Assembly (NCBI RefSeq): GCF_009914755.1
Contig: NC_060926.1
Length of the DNA stretch: 64,000 nt
Direction: 5' to 3' (one strand)
DNA from: the human T2T-CHM13v2.0 reference genome, Homo sapiens
The notes beneath the pieces were generated by a model. That model had not been told where the DNA came from and did no database searches. It saw nothing but the letters and a program-made list of their open reading frames with translations. This document shows positions 36,449-49,156 of this stretch, one piece after another (position 1 is the first letter of the stretch; each line of letters starts with the position of its first letter). The position numbers and the translations under genes are program-made.

Positions 36449-38079
36449 AGCTTTAGGAAGGGAACATATTAACTTTACAATAATTTTAATGACTTCAAAT
36501 TAATATATTAAGTATCCATTCTATTGTGTAAAATGCTTTCATTAAATGTTTATTGAGAACAAAATGAAAGAAGGGAAGAAGAAAAACTGTTTCCACCTCT
36601 TTAGATATTTTGGCTAAAGTGTCTCAAAATTATAGGGATTGCATTGTTTCTTCAATTAGGACATTTAACATGTATTTAGTATTTCAGTCATGGTTTTGCT
36701 CTGTTTGGCATATAGTCAATTTTTTAAGCTCCCTTTCCAAACCATCAGCCACGTCAATCATTATGTCCAGGGGAATGTTTCATGATGTTTAGGGACAAGG
36801 ATTTTCTTTGAGAAATTTTGCACTCCTGAAAAAGATACAGGCATGGTAGATAGCTTCCTTCAAATCCTTATTGTTTTTATGGTGAAAATAATGCCTGCAT
36901 ATTCAGTAGCCATTGTGCACCTGCAAGGTAACAAACAGCAGACAAGTCAATCTCTGCTAAGTCTAGCAGAGCAGAAAAAAAAGCATAGATAATTAAATAG
37001 TGCTTTCAGAATTCTATCTCCAGACTGTTATTTTTTAGTAAAGTGTTGTTTAAACATTCTGAGTGTAATATCCCATTAATGCACCAATTTGAATTCCTAA
37101 CTGATATATTCTGACAAAGGGATTTTTCAAGTACAGCTATAGAACTGTTCAGTTCCAAGTTTCTACTCAGGACATCTTGGGAGATACTGACAGAAAAATA
37201 AACAACCATCCTTTAATCTTGGTTTGCTTTATTATGATTCATAAAGTCCAGTGAAGTCATGACTGACTCATCAGTTTCTGGTCCTATGATGAAAAATGAG
37301 GTTCAGTTTCATTAAACATAATTGTTTCTTCATGAACTATAAACTAGCATCTAGAATTGGTTTATTTGCCAAGAGAGACTGTTATTTTGATATATTTTAA
37401 TTGGAAGCAATTGTAGCATTTTTTCTGCAAATAATAATGAACATTACTTTCTATTCATGTGATTACAATATCTTTGTTAATATTGATATAAATATTGTTT
37501 GGATATTAAAATATACCATATCAACATTTTTTCAGGTGAGGTAGAATCAAGATTGTACCCTGTAATTTTTGCTGGTTTCATAAATGATCAGAGTTAGAAC
37601 TCTTTTAAAGATGGGATTGGAAACATCATAAAACAAATGAACAGTTATGCAAATAATTGCTGTTATATCATTTTAACAATTCAAATTGATATGGGAATTT
37701 GTCATTTCTTTGCTTGAATTGAATTTTCTTCATCAGTTGGTTAAAATCAGACTTTATGCATTGTACGATTTAATGGCTGTAGATGACATTCATATAGAAA
37801 TAAAGATGTAAAATTGAAGGAAGCTGCTGTGTATTTTGATTCTTTATGTCAAAAATAATGAAAAATAACCACTTTTCAGTGATCGTTCTAAGTATTGTGT
37901 TATACATACATAACTTATCATAGTCTACTGATGTCATTATTTTACCAGTTGAGTAAAATATCTTCTAATGGCCATTTATCCTCTGGTTTATAGTATAATT
38001 GTCTTAATCATTTCCTCTCTATATAAATTTAGAACCACATCGGACAATGCTATAATTTTTGCTTCAACAATCCAACACA

Positions 38080-38445
38080 CAGTAGTTTCCTCTTATCAAA
38101 GGAGGATATCTTTGATAAGAGGATACCAGGGATAGTACCAGGGGATGCCTTAAACCATGGATAGTACTGAACCCTATATATGCTATATTTTTCTTTTCTA
38201 TACAATCACATCATACAGGGCAGGTAGCATGTACAATATGGGTACGCTGGACAAAGGAATGACTCATGTTCTGGCAGGATGGAGCTAGATGATGGGAGAC
38301 TTCATTGCACTACTAAGAATGACAAAATTTAAAATGTATGAATTGTCTATTTCTGAATTTTTTTCATGTAATATTTTCATAGTGTGGTTGACCAAAGGTA
38401 ACTGAAACCACAGAAAATGAGACCTTAGTTAAGGAAGAACTGCTA
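38080..38445. mobile_element. MER44 (Tigger7-derived MITE)
   Basis: cagtagtttcctcttatc...ggatagtactgaaccctatata...acgctggacaaagg...ggttgacc...taactgaaacc. Confidence 0.8.
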
Positions 38446-38447
38446 TA

Positions 38448-38681
38448 TAGATGCGGCTTGACTTATGATGTGACTTATGGTTTTTCTACTTTACCATGGG
38501 TTTATCAGAATGTAACCCCATAATAAGTTGAGGAGCATATGGATTTACAGTCTTTTGAATTATGATTTTTTGGCTTTATGATAGGTTTTTTTAGATATTA
38601 AATACGTTTCGGACTTGCAATATTTTCAACTTACAATGGGTTTATCAAGATGTAACCCCATCATAAGTCAAGGAGTATCTG
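38448..38681. mobile_element. Tigger4 (Zombi)-type MITE
   Basis: atgggtttatcag(a)atgtaacccca..taagt..aggagcat(c)tg termini; TA flanks. Confidence 0.75.
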
Positions 38682-40025
38682 TACTTTAGAAGACTTAGGA
38701 GGAAAAGTCTTTTTTTGTTTTGTCTATTTTTTGATTATCATGTTCTTCCTTCCTGATATTCCAAAATTTCTACTACTATTACATATCCATGAAAATTAAA
38801 AATATATATATTTTATATATTCCTTCTTTTATCATTTTTCTGTTTAGATAGCTTCCTCTGGCCATTATTTTATGGTAGGTCTACTGTAGATGAATTATCT
38901 TATTATTCCTTTATCTGAGAATGTCTTCATTTTCTGTCATTCCTGAAGAATATTTTTACTGGATATAGCATTCTGGATTGACAATTCTTTTCTTACCACA
39001 TTTGAAACATGATGTGTTTATTTCTGCCCTCCATGATTTCTAGTGAAAAATTCACTGCCATTCACATTGATTTCCCCTATGCATAAAGCATTCCTTCTTT
39101 CTTGCTATATTCAATATTTTTTCTGTCTTAGTTTTCAGAAGTTTTACTATGATATCTCTTACTATGGACTTATTTGGGTTTATTCTGTTGGCAGTTCACT
39201 CAACTTCTTGAATCTATAGGTTTATGTCTTTTTCTGAAATTGACTATCTAGCATTATTTCTTCAAGTGCTTTTTCAATTCCCTCCTTTCCTCCTCCTCCT
39301 CTCCGTGTGCAACTCCAGTGAAAGGAATGATAGATCTTTTCTTGTAATCCTAAGGTGTCCGAAGCTCTGTTCATTATTTTTTGAATCGATTTCCTCTCTG
39401 TTACTCAGACTGGGTAATTCTAATGTTCTGTCTTCAAGTTTCTGCCTCTTTCATTATGCTGTTTAACCCATACATTGAGCTTTATTTTTGCAACCGTACT
39501 TTTCGTTTCTAAATTTTTAATTTAGTTTTTTTCCTTTTTTTATTTCTTTGCTGGAAATCTCTATACTTTGTGTGTTGCTAAATGGTCATTCACATGTTTT
39601 TACGGGGACTGCTTTAAAATTTTGTTATCTATACCTAACATCCCTGTATCTAGTGTTTGGACTTACTGTCTTTCTCTCAATTAGTTGAGATACTTCTGGT
39701 TCTTAGTATGATGAGTCATTTTTTATTGAAACTTGGGCACTTGGTTATTATTTTGAGACTCTGGATCTTACTAATTTTCAGTTTACCTGATTTTCACTAC
39801 TCCAGCAGGGAAAGAGGGAGGTGCTGCCTTGTTACTGCCAATTGGAGATTGAAGTCCAGGCTTCCCTCTTTAATCTCTGTTGACACCGTTAGCCTTCTCT
39901 GAAATCATCCTAGAGGTGGGTAGAAGATGGAGTGCTTGTGAGTCTCATCTTAGCTGAGTGCAGGTAGAAATCTAGGCTACCCAGGGAAGCTGCTGGTGGT
40001 GTAGGTGGGGTTGGTCCTACAGGTT

Positions 40026-40248
40026 TTGTTGTTGTTGTTGTTGTTGTTGTTATTGTTGTTCTTTTCTTGTGGTGTTTGGTTGAAGAAGAGTAGTTAATGT
40101 CTAAAACTTTAATGCGAGGCTTCCCCATTTCTAGTTTTTTGGTAATAAAGAGCTAGACATCATACTTTTTTGTTTTTTGATCTTGTTGTATTCTTGTTGT
40201 TGTTGTTGTTGGTGGTGGTGGTGTGTGTGTGTGTGTGTGTGTGTGTGT
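40026..40248. repeat. (TTG)n, (TGG)n and (TG)n simple repeats
   Basis: (ttg)n at ~40026-40059 and ~40193-40210; (tg)n at ~40222-40248. Confidence 0.9.
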
Positions 40249-40336
40249 GGTGTCTCATTAGAATTTCTGTGTGGCTGGCTTATTTAACACTCAACCTTAA
40301 ATGTTTAAGGAAAAAAAGCAAATCTAGGAAGCTCAC

Positions 40337-42348
40337 TATTATGGGATTTTTGGGGGTGTTGCTTTTCTAGCTGGAAACCTCTGTGACCGGTTGTGCTTTT
40401 GCCCAAGTTTTGCTCAGCCCTGCCTGGTCCACTCGGCCTGGCAGGCTACAGTCAGCTCTTGCTACCGGCCTGGATCTCATACTTCTGAAGAGACTGGAGT
40501 GGAGTGGCAAGAGGTGTGTGCGTGAACAGGCATGGGGTCCAGCCACTGCACACAGTCAAGCACACTGGCTGCTGCAGTGGGTCAGGCAACTCCAGGTGCC
40601 AGCACAGGTGCCAGCTCATTACAAGGCTGTGGCTGGACCAGGCACACCAAAAGCACCTTCCATGGCTGGCACTGGGGAACATGATGGTACCTGGAAGCTT
40701 GAGGACTCCAGAAACTTCAGGGGTTCAAAGGGAGAGTCACAGCCCTTGCTAGGAGAGCTTGCAGGTCTGGGATCCCCAAAGGGCCACAGCTCTTCTCTCC
40801 TTCTCCCTTCTCTCCTTCTTGTCACCCACAATGTGATGAGCAAAAGGCTGCTTCAGCTCTGTTTGTATTACAGCTCTTTTAACCCCTCCACAGGGTGGGT
40901 CCCAAGTTCTTGTCCTGTGTCCAGGAAGAATGAGGTACGTAGACAAGTGGAGGGTAGGCAAGACAGCGGAATTTTCTTGAGTGATAGAACAGAGAAGACC
41001 CAGAGAGGCTATCTCCTCTCCATAGGCAGGTCATCCTGTTGAGTATTCAGTTCTCAGCACAGAGGTAGCTCTTCTCTGCAGTGGGTCATCAGCAGATGGG
41101 AGAACCTGGAGTGGGAAGCTCCTCTCTGCAGTTGGTCGTCCCATCATCTTCCAGTTGCCTCTCCATCCTCTCCTGGAGTCTTGCTGAGTCTGGGGGTTTC
41201 CATGGCCTCAGAGGGGAGGAAGTGCATCCTGATTGGTCCATGGGCAGCCATGGGTGGGCCCAGGGAAAAGCATCACACATTCCGACTCCTGTCCTTGGGA
41301 CTGGCAGCCTGGCCCCAGGCTTCAGACCTTCCCTGGCTTGAAGGTGGGGCTTCACCAGGGACCCACACTCTTCCACCCTGAAGCCTTTCAGTCTCCTGCT
41401 GCTGTTCATGGAGCCCAGGCTGTTTATGTCAAGGGCCACCTGCAGCCCAGGACTAGGATGTTTTCAGCCTCCCCACCCCTTCATTCTCCCTCCCGTACTC
41501 ATCAGTGCCTAAAGTCTGGAGGGGGCTGAGATAGCAGGGGGCTGGTGTTGTCAGTGCTGCCTGAGCATGTGCACACCGGCTGGGCTGCAACAGCACCCGG
41601 ACTTGGCCCCATTTTTGCTCTGAGATTGGAGTGAGCGCTGGGAGCAGGGAGAGGCCAGGCAGCCAGAGCAGACACCTCTGAGCGTATAGGGGGTAAGGGG
41701 GAGCCTTCCTGTCTCCCAGAGTGCAGAGATGCCTGGGTCTGTCGCCTTAGCTCGATAGCTGCAGCTGGAAAAGCAGGGCTCTTGCCTGCTCCCGGCACCC
41801 AAGAGGGAGGCCTATGTCCACAGCCAGGACTTGGGCTGCTGGAGCCATGCCTGGGAGGGTGGGACTGCTGTCTACTCCCGGCTCCTGCAGGCTCTGTGGA
41901 GGGCGGTACCCCCTCAGGCCCAGCTCCACCCCAGGGCCCCTTTCTGCCCACCCATCCGTGCCCGACTGCACTGCTCCCCAACTGGCGGGCAACTTGGCCC
42001 AGCCCCATCATGGTAGACTCTGGGGAGCTCCCAGGTTGGGCTCGCCGGACTGTCCGCCGCCTCTCTGTGCCCTCCCTGCAGTGGTGGCAGGCTAGAGTGG
42101 CGACATGGGGCCAGGGGCCAAAGCGGCAGAGGCTCCTGGTCTGACAGTGGGTCCCGCCAGGCTGAGCAAGGGCAGGGGCGGCACAGTCGGCTGCCTCCAA
42201 GATACGGGGCATAGGGGACACAGGGCACAGGAGTCCCAACACTGCCATTGCAGCTCCCACCCGCAGCGACCTGCCCGCACAGCCCCCCACCCCCTTAGCA
42301 GCCAGCACCATGACAGTGGTTGCTCTGGACAGCCCACTACTGCCATCA
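40337..42348 (-). mobile_element. MER52 (MER52D-length) ERV1 solo LTR, GC-rich
   Basis: Termini tattatgggatttttgggggtgttgcttttctagctggaaacctctgtg ... cccactactgccatca; internal agttcttgtcctgtgtccaggaagaatgaggtac; 4-bp TSD tcac (40333-40336 / 42349-42352). Confidence 0.88.
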
Positions 42349-42673
42349 TCACTACCACATCATTTATTGAGTTCTGAGGTCCCTAGCATGTCTACCTTCT
42401 CTCCGCCTTTCAAAAGTCTTCTTAGCTTGATTTTACATACGATATGCAGAGTTTTTAGCTACACTTGGCAGACGGAATAGGGAAAAGTTCTTCTATCTTC
42501 CCATAAGCAAAAATGCATTTGCTCTTTTTTTAATTTACTGGACAGTGTTCTGTTGTATGGACAGATCCCATTTCTTCATTACTCAATTGTTGTTTCTAGT
42601 TTTTGACATACATGAATAAAGCCATATTAAAGACATAGATCACAGGATTTCGTCTGAAAAAAGGTTTTCATTC

Positions 42674-43207
42674 TGTTAGTGGTGGAAGAGGTCTGAGTTA
42701 CCGTGATTTACCAGCGGCGAATCACACAGATATGCCGCAACCTCAATTCTTGCCTCCTCAGAAGAAAGAATTCGACTGATGGGCATAAGGCAGAAGGAGA
42801 GGCCGAGGCAAGTTTCAGAGCAGGAGTGAAAGTTTATTGAATAGCTTTAGAACTGGAAGAAAAGGAAAGAAGAAGGAAAGCGCAACTTGGAAGAGGTCCA
42901 AGCAGGGACTTGAGAAGCCTAGTGCACAACCTGACCTCTTGAATTGGGGTTTTATACATTGGCATACTTCCGGGATCTGGCCTTACTTCTCCTGACCCCT
43001 GAGATATTATTGGGAAGCTGCTGACCAGTTTCAGATGTTTTCTATAAGGAGACTATCTTTCCCGGGCACTGGTGGTGACCAATTATTACTTTAGAGAAAC
43101 AGTTACCAACCACCTGACCATCACCTGATGGTCACCCAACACTCCTGGGGTGTGTGTGTGGGGAAGCCGTCTCCTGCCCTGCTCATACCCGACCAGCCAC
43201 TGCAGCA
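42674..43207 (-). mobile_element. MER50/MER51-like (MER4-group ERV1) solo LTR
   Basis: tg...ca termini; aacctcaattcttgcctcctcagaagaaagaattcgactga...gaaagtttatt; 4-bp TSD attc (42670-42673 / 43208-43211). Confidence 0.85.
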
Positions 43208-43893
43208 ATTCTACTTTGTTAAGTACCTTAAAATGAGATTGCTGTGTTGTATGGTTAGTATATTTTTTAACTATGAGAACCTGCCAGACTGATTTCCTAA
43301 GTAACTATAACATTTTTCATCACATCAACCGCACATTATGTATCTCGTTGTTATGTATCTTCTTATTTTGAGCACTTATATTTTCAATATTTTTTTAATT
43401 AAGCTATCTAATAGATGTGGCAAGTTGCTTTGTCAAGATATTCAGAAATACATATGCATCCAAAAAAGAAACTTTGAAATCGAACACTATTGTTTCCTAA
43501 GATTATGGTACAACTTCCTATGTGTTTAGATTGTGTATTAGTATCTTTTAAGCGTACTTTTATATGAGAACTCTATTCTTTTCTTTTTTACAAATTTATT
43601 ATGAAAACGTTTGTATTTTAATACCATCATTAATGAAATATGTTTCCCATTTTTATTTATAGGAATTTATTATTAGAGTAGAAGAGAATTATTAGTTGGT
43701 AATATTATTTTGTACCTACCTTGCATGGTTTAGAAAATTTGTTAAAACTCTGATAGATTTACTCTACTAAGGCCTCTTGAGTTTTATAAAATATAATATT
43801 AGGAGCAAAAATATATATCTTTTATGTTTTTCGTATGTTATGTCAGTTATTTTGCTTTTTCTCTTATTTCCTTTTCCAAAATGTATCTGCACA

Positions 43894-45212
43894 ATTTTTT
43901 AAACTTAATTTTTATGTACATAAGTGTACATGTTTATGGAGTACATGAGATATTTTGATACAGGTATACAATGTGTAATAATCACATCAGAATAAATGTG
44001 GTATCCATCACCTCAAGGATTTATCATTTCTTTGTGTTACCAACATTCTAATTATACTCTTTTAGTTATTTTAAAATGTACAATAAATTATTGTTAACTG
44101 TAGTCACCCTGTTGTGCTATCAAATGCTGGATCTTACTCATTTGCTGTAACTGTGGTTTTTATCTAATAATCATCCCCACTTCCCCTGTACCCCTCATCC
44201 CCTACTACCCTTCCCATCCTTTGGTAACCATCATTCTAATCTTCGTCTCCATGAATTCAATTGTTTAAATTTTTAACTCCCACAAGTAAGTGAGAACATG
44301 GAAAGTTTGTCTTACTGCACCTTCATTATTTCACTTAACACACTGTCCTCTAGTTTCATCCATGTTGCAAATGACAGAATCTCATTATTTTTATTTTATT
44401 TTATTTGTTTTTGGCTGATGGATACTTAATTATATACACATACCACATTTTCTTTATCTATTCATCTGCTGATGGACACTAAGGTTGCTTCCAAATTGTA
44501 GCTACAGTGAATAGTGCTGCAATAAATATGGGAGTGCAGATATTTCCTTTCTTTGGAATCTATACCTGGCAGTGACATTGCTGGATCATATGCTGGCTCT
44601 TTTTTGAGTTTTTTGTGGAACTTCCAAAATATTCTCTACAGTAGTTGTAATGATTTACATTCCCACCAACAGTGCATGAGGGTTTCCTCTTCTCCACATC
44701 CTCATCAGCATTAGTTATTACCTGCCATATTGATAAAAGCCATTTTTGCTGGAGTGAGACTATATCTCATTGTAGTTTGGATTTGCATTTCTCTGACAAT
44801 CAATGATGTTGGGCATCTTTTCATATACCTGTTTGCCATTTGTATAGTCTTCTTTTGAGTGATATATGTTCAGATCTTCTGCCCATTTTTTAATCAGATT
44901 ACTAGATAATTTTTCCTGTTGTGTTGTTTGAGCTCTTATATATACATGTTGGTTATGAGTCCTTTGTCAGATGGTTAGTTCGCAAATATTTTCTCCCATT
45001 CTGTGAGCTGTGTCTTCGCTTTGTTGTTTCTTTTGCTGCGCAGAAGTGTTTGGACTTGATGTGATCCTGTTTTACGTTTTTGCTTTGTTTGCCTGTGGGG
45101 TATCAACAAATCAATAAATTTTGCTCACTCCAATGTCCTGGAGTGTTTCTCCAATGTTTATATTTAGTAGTTTCATAGTTTGAGATCTTAGGTTGAAGTC
45201 TAATCCAGTTTG
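43894..45212 (-). mobile_element. L1MA (about L1MA3-4) 3' 1.3 kb
   Basis: gtacatgagatattttgatacagg...aatcacatcag...tatccatcacctcaag L1MA 3'UTR, continuing into ORF2. Confidence 0.88.
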
Positions 45213-46700
45213 AAACATTTCCAGCACCTCAAAAATTACCTACACTTCTGCAGCTAATTCTTCCCTCTGAACCAGCTTGCAGAACATTACATATGTGATT
45301 TTTGTCACTAGCTTAATTTGAATTTCTTAGAAATATACATTGAAATCAAATATTATATTCTCCTTTGTGTCCAGCTTTTTTCAGTTATTATAGTGTTTTT
45401 GAGATCTATTGATGTCGTTGCATGTATTTGTTGTTGGCTTATAATTTTTATTGATAATTAGTATTCAAATGTATTATCTATTACATCCTATTGATGTGCA
45501 TTTTACTTGTTCTTGATTTTGGATATGACAAATAAAGTTACTATGAACATTATGTACATGTCTTCTTGTACATATATTTTTAAAAATGTATACTTAAATG
45601 TTGCCTGGTTTGGAAGCCATTTAATGAAATGGAATTTTATTTTGTGATTTTTATTTGGTAGTAATATGGTGATGCAATTTGTGAAAAGTAATTTTAAGTA
45701 CTGCTGTCTTGTGCAACACACTCAATTTTTAGTACCTTTTTTGTGGCTTCCTTAAGATTTTCCATTTATAAAAACTTGTTACTGCAAAAAAGAAAAATAA
45801 AATTCACTTCTTTTGACAATCTGTATAATATGTAATTATTTGTCAAATTCATTTTTGCTAAGTACACTGGGTAAGACCCCTTTACAATGTCGAATAGCAG
45901 CAGCAAGTGTTGACATCCTTAACTTGTTATAAATTTTAGGTGGAAAGATACAGTATTTTGCCATTATGGCGCTAGTTTGTGGTTTTATCAAATGCCCTTT
46001 ATTAGCTTGATGAATTTTCTTCTATGCTTAGTTTGTATAAATGAATGTTGAATTTTGTCAAATGCTTTTCTGCATCAAATGTAATCATTATATGTTTATT
46101 CTTTTGATTCTGTTTATATGGTGAAATGTTGAATAAATCTTGCTTAAATAAACTTTACTTGGTGAATAGATAGCATGTTTTTATCTTGTGGGACTTAATT
46201 TACTAGCATTTCTTTTTTTTTTAATTATACTTTAAGTTTTAGGGTACATGTGCCCAACATGCAAGTTAGTTTCATATGTATACATGTGCCATGTTGGTGT
46301 GCTGCACCCAGTAACTCGTCATTTAACATTAGGTATATCTCCAAATGCTGTCCCTCCCCACTCCCCCACCCCACAGCAGGCCCCGGTGATGGAATTGAAC
46401 AATGAGAACACATGGACACAGGAAGGGGAACTTACTAGTATTTCACTAGGAATATTTACTTGTGTGCTTTTAAACGATATTGGTCTATAGTGTTTCTCTT
46501 ATAACATCGTGTCTTGTTTGGTGTCAGACAGCAGCTAATGGCCCTATTAAATGAGTTGGGAAGTGTTTCTTGCTTCCTTAATACACGTAGACATTTAGTC
46601 AACAATGAATGCTAAATATTATTAGTTCTTTTGGAATATTTCAATGATTTTTAATATAAATTATATGACAAATTTTGGTCTCAGTGTATTATTTCCTTAA
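45213..46700 (-). mobile_element. Old L1ME/MC fragments
   Basis: aataaagttactatgaacatt...gacatccttaacttgtt...gaattttgtcaaatgcttttctgcatc...aatgagttgggaagtgtt. Confidence 0.6.
46213..46431 (-). mobile_element. Short young L1PA insertion with 5' micro-inversion
   Basis: T-tail plus antisense 3'UTR to 46388, then sense ggaattgaacaatgagaacacatggacacaggaaggggaac; TSD ttactag(c/t)atttc at 46200-46212 / 46432-46444. Confidence 0.93.
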
Positions 46701-47106
46701 TACACTACTGTATTTGCTAACATTTCATAATAATTGTTTTAATCTTTGTAATCCTAAGTAAGATTTGAAATCAGTGTCCTTTTGTGACATAAATTCTTCT
46801 TGGTTTCTATATTAACTAGAATTGTGCTTATAAGTTAAAAGTGTTTTTCTTCTTACATAATTAAGGGTTTTACAGCAGAAATTTTATTATCTGAATATAA
46901 TTTCCTCTGTTACATAGATTTAGTTTTGGCATGTCCTTCTTTATTTTCTAGTTTGTATATTCTCTTTTGATTTCTTCTTTGATGCAATTGTGTAGTGTCC
47001 ATTTAAATCATTAATTATATTGATTAATTTTTATTAGCAATTTCTAAATATACTTTTCTTGACCACACAGGTTGCTTGTAATAATGCACATATTTGGACT
47101 TGGTAA

Positions 47107-47445
<339 letters not shown>

Positions 47446-48641
47446 CATGGTCACATTTTGTATAAGTTTTACATATGTTTAACCAGTAATATATATTCTC
47501 TCTATAAATAATAAAAAGATGTATCCATGTGTGTTAATTTAAGATTATTGATTATATTACTCAATTTGTTTACATTTCAACTTCTTTTTCCTTGATCAGG
47601 TCTATCAAAATTTGAGCAAGAAATGTAGAAGTCTTAGAATTTTCACCAAAATGTGTTCAGGGATGTACATTTTTCATCACTCCAGCCTGGGAACCTGGTA
47701 AACCCCTTCAATATGGAGGCTCCCATTTTTCCTCAAGTAAGACAAATTTTCTTCTATATTTTGTTTAAATATTAGCTCTTCTTACCTGTTTTTATTTATT
47801 ATTTTATACATGAATTTTATGTATCCTGGCATCTATTTATATGTCTCACCACTTGTTTCATGATATTCTCTTTTGTTGCTTTGCTTTGGAAGTATTTATT
47901 GCTCTTAATTTTCCTGGTCACTAGTTCTGAACTCTATATGACTCATTCATGTAATTAGTTTTTATTTTTGTTAAAAAAATTAAGCTTTAGATATTCTGTC
48001 ACACTGGATCCCTTTACTTAGTTGTGAGGAGAATGTCTTATGTTTAGTTAAAATTTAATAACAAGTTTTATACATTGATGGTATTCTAAGAGCTGAGAAT
48101 AAAAATATAATTTGTGATGAAATAAAGAAAGGGGAACAGCAAATGCACATTTCAAGACTTAAATACTTAGGAAAAAGGAAATAATCCATGTGATAATCTA
48201 TAGAAATGGCATTTCATAGTGATAACATCAAATGCAAAAAGCCTAGAGGCATTATAGTTCTGAAAATTCTATGAGACCAAGTTTAGAAATTCTGGCTTCT
48301 CCTCATCGCATGGAATGGAGTCAATTGAGTTTGCCAAGGCTGTTCACTTAAAGAATACAGAATCGTCAGGATATGGATACTTTTCTAATGCATAGCAACA
48401 ACAGGCTGGAACAGCCTGCACTTAGTGTGCTAAAAGAAATCCTCACAAATTAACTAAACTCAAAATATGAGTTTTCTGAGAATTTAAGCCTTCTCAGATT
48501 CTGATCTTTTGGTTTTTGGTTTTCTCTTATTTACCTGATCTTGCCAATGATAAAATCATGGTCTTTGGTGCACATAAAATTTCTTCCCACCTCTAACCAA
48601 TGGGACCATTTAATTGGTTGCTGTGTCATTTATCCTGCTAA

Positions 48642-48958
<317 letters not shown>

Positions 48959-49156
48959 TACATATTCTTAATACAATATTTTAAATTTATCTACTTGCAG
49001 AAACATGCCAAATAGTATTTCAAATTTTATTTCTATATTTTCTTCATTAGGTTTGTCAGAGATACATGTAATCACGGATTTCCTCCAAAGACCTAGTTTA
49101 TATTTAAATATTAATTATATAATTTTTCATTTTACATATTTTATTTTATAATTCAT

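Larger units (their letters stand above)
37950..42490 (-). mobile_element. Old L1MC/MD-type element (ORF1/5' region) hosting MER44, Tigger4 and MER52 insertions
   Basis: ttatctgagaatgtcttcatt...tcctgaagaatatttttactggatatag...ttttcagaagttttactatgat; resumes colinearly after MER52 (ttctgaggtccctagc). Confidence 0.65.

Noticed and set aside
40383-42377. Many overlapping ORFs up to 269 aa
   Set aside because: All lie inside the GC-rich MER52 LTR where stops are rare; low-complexity composition and no recognisable domain
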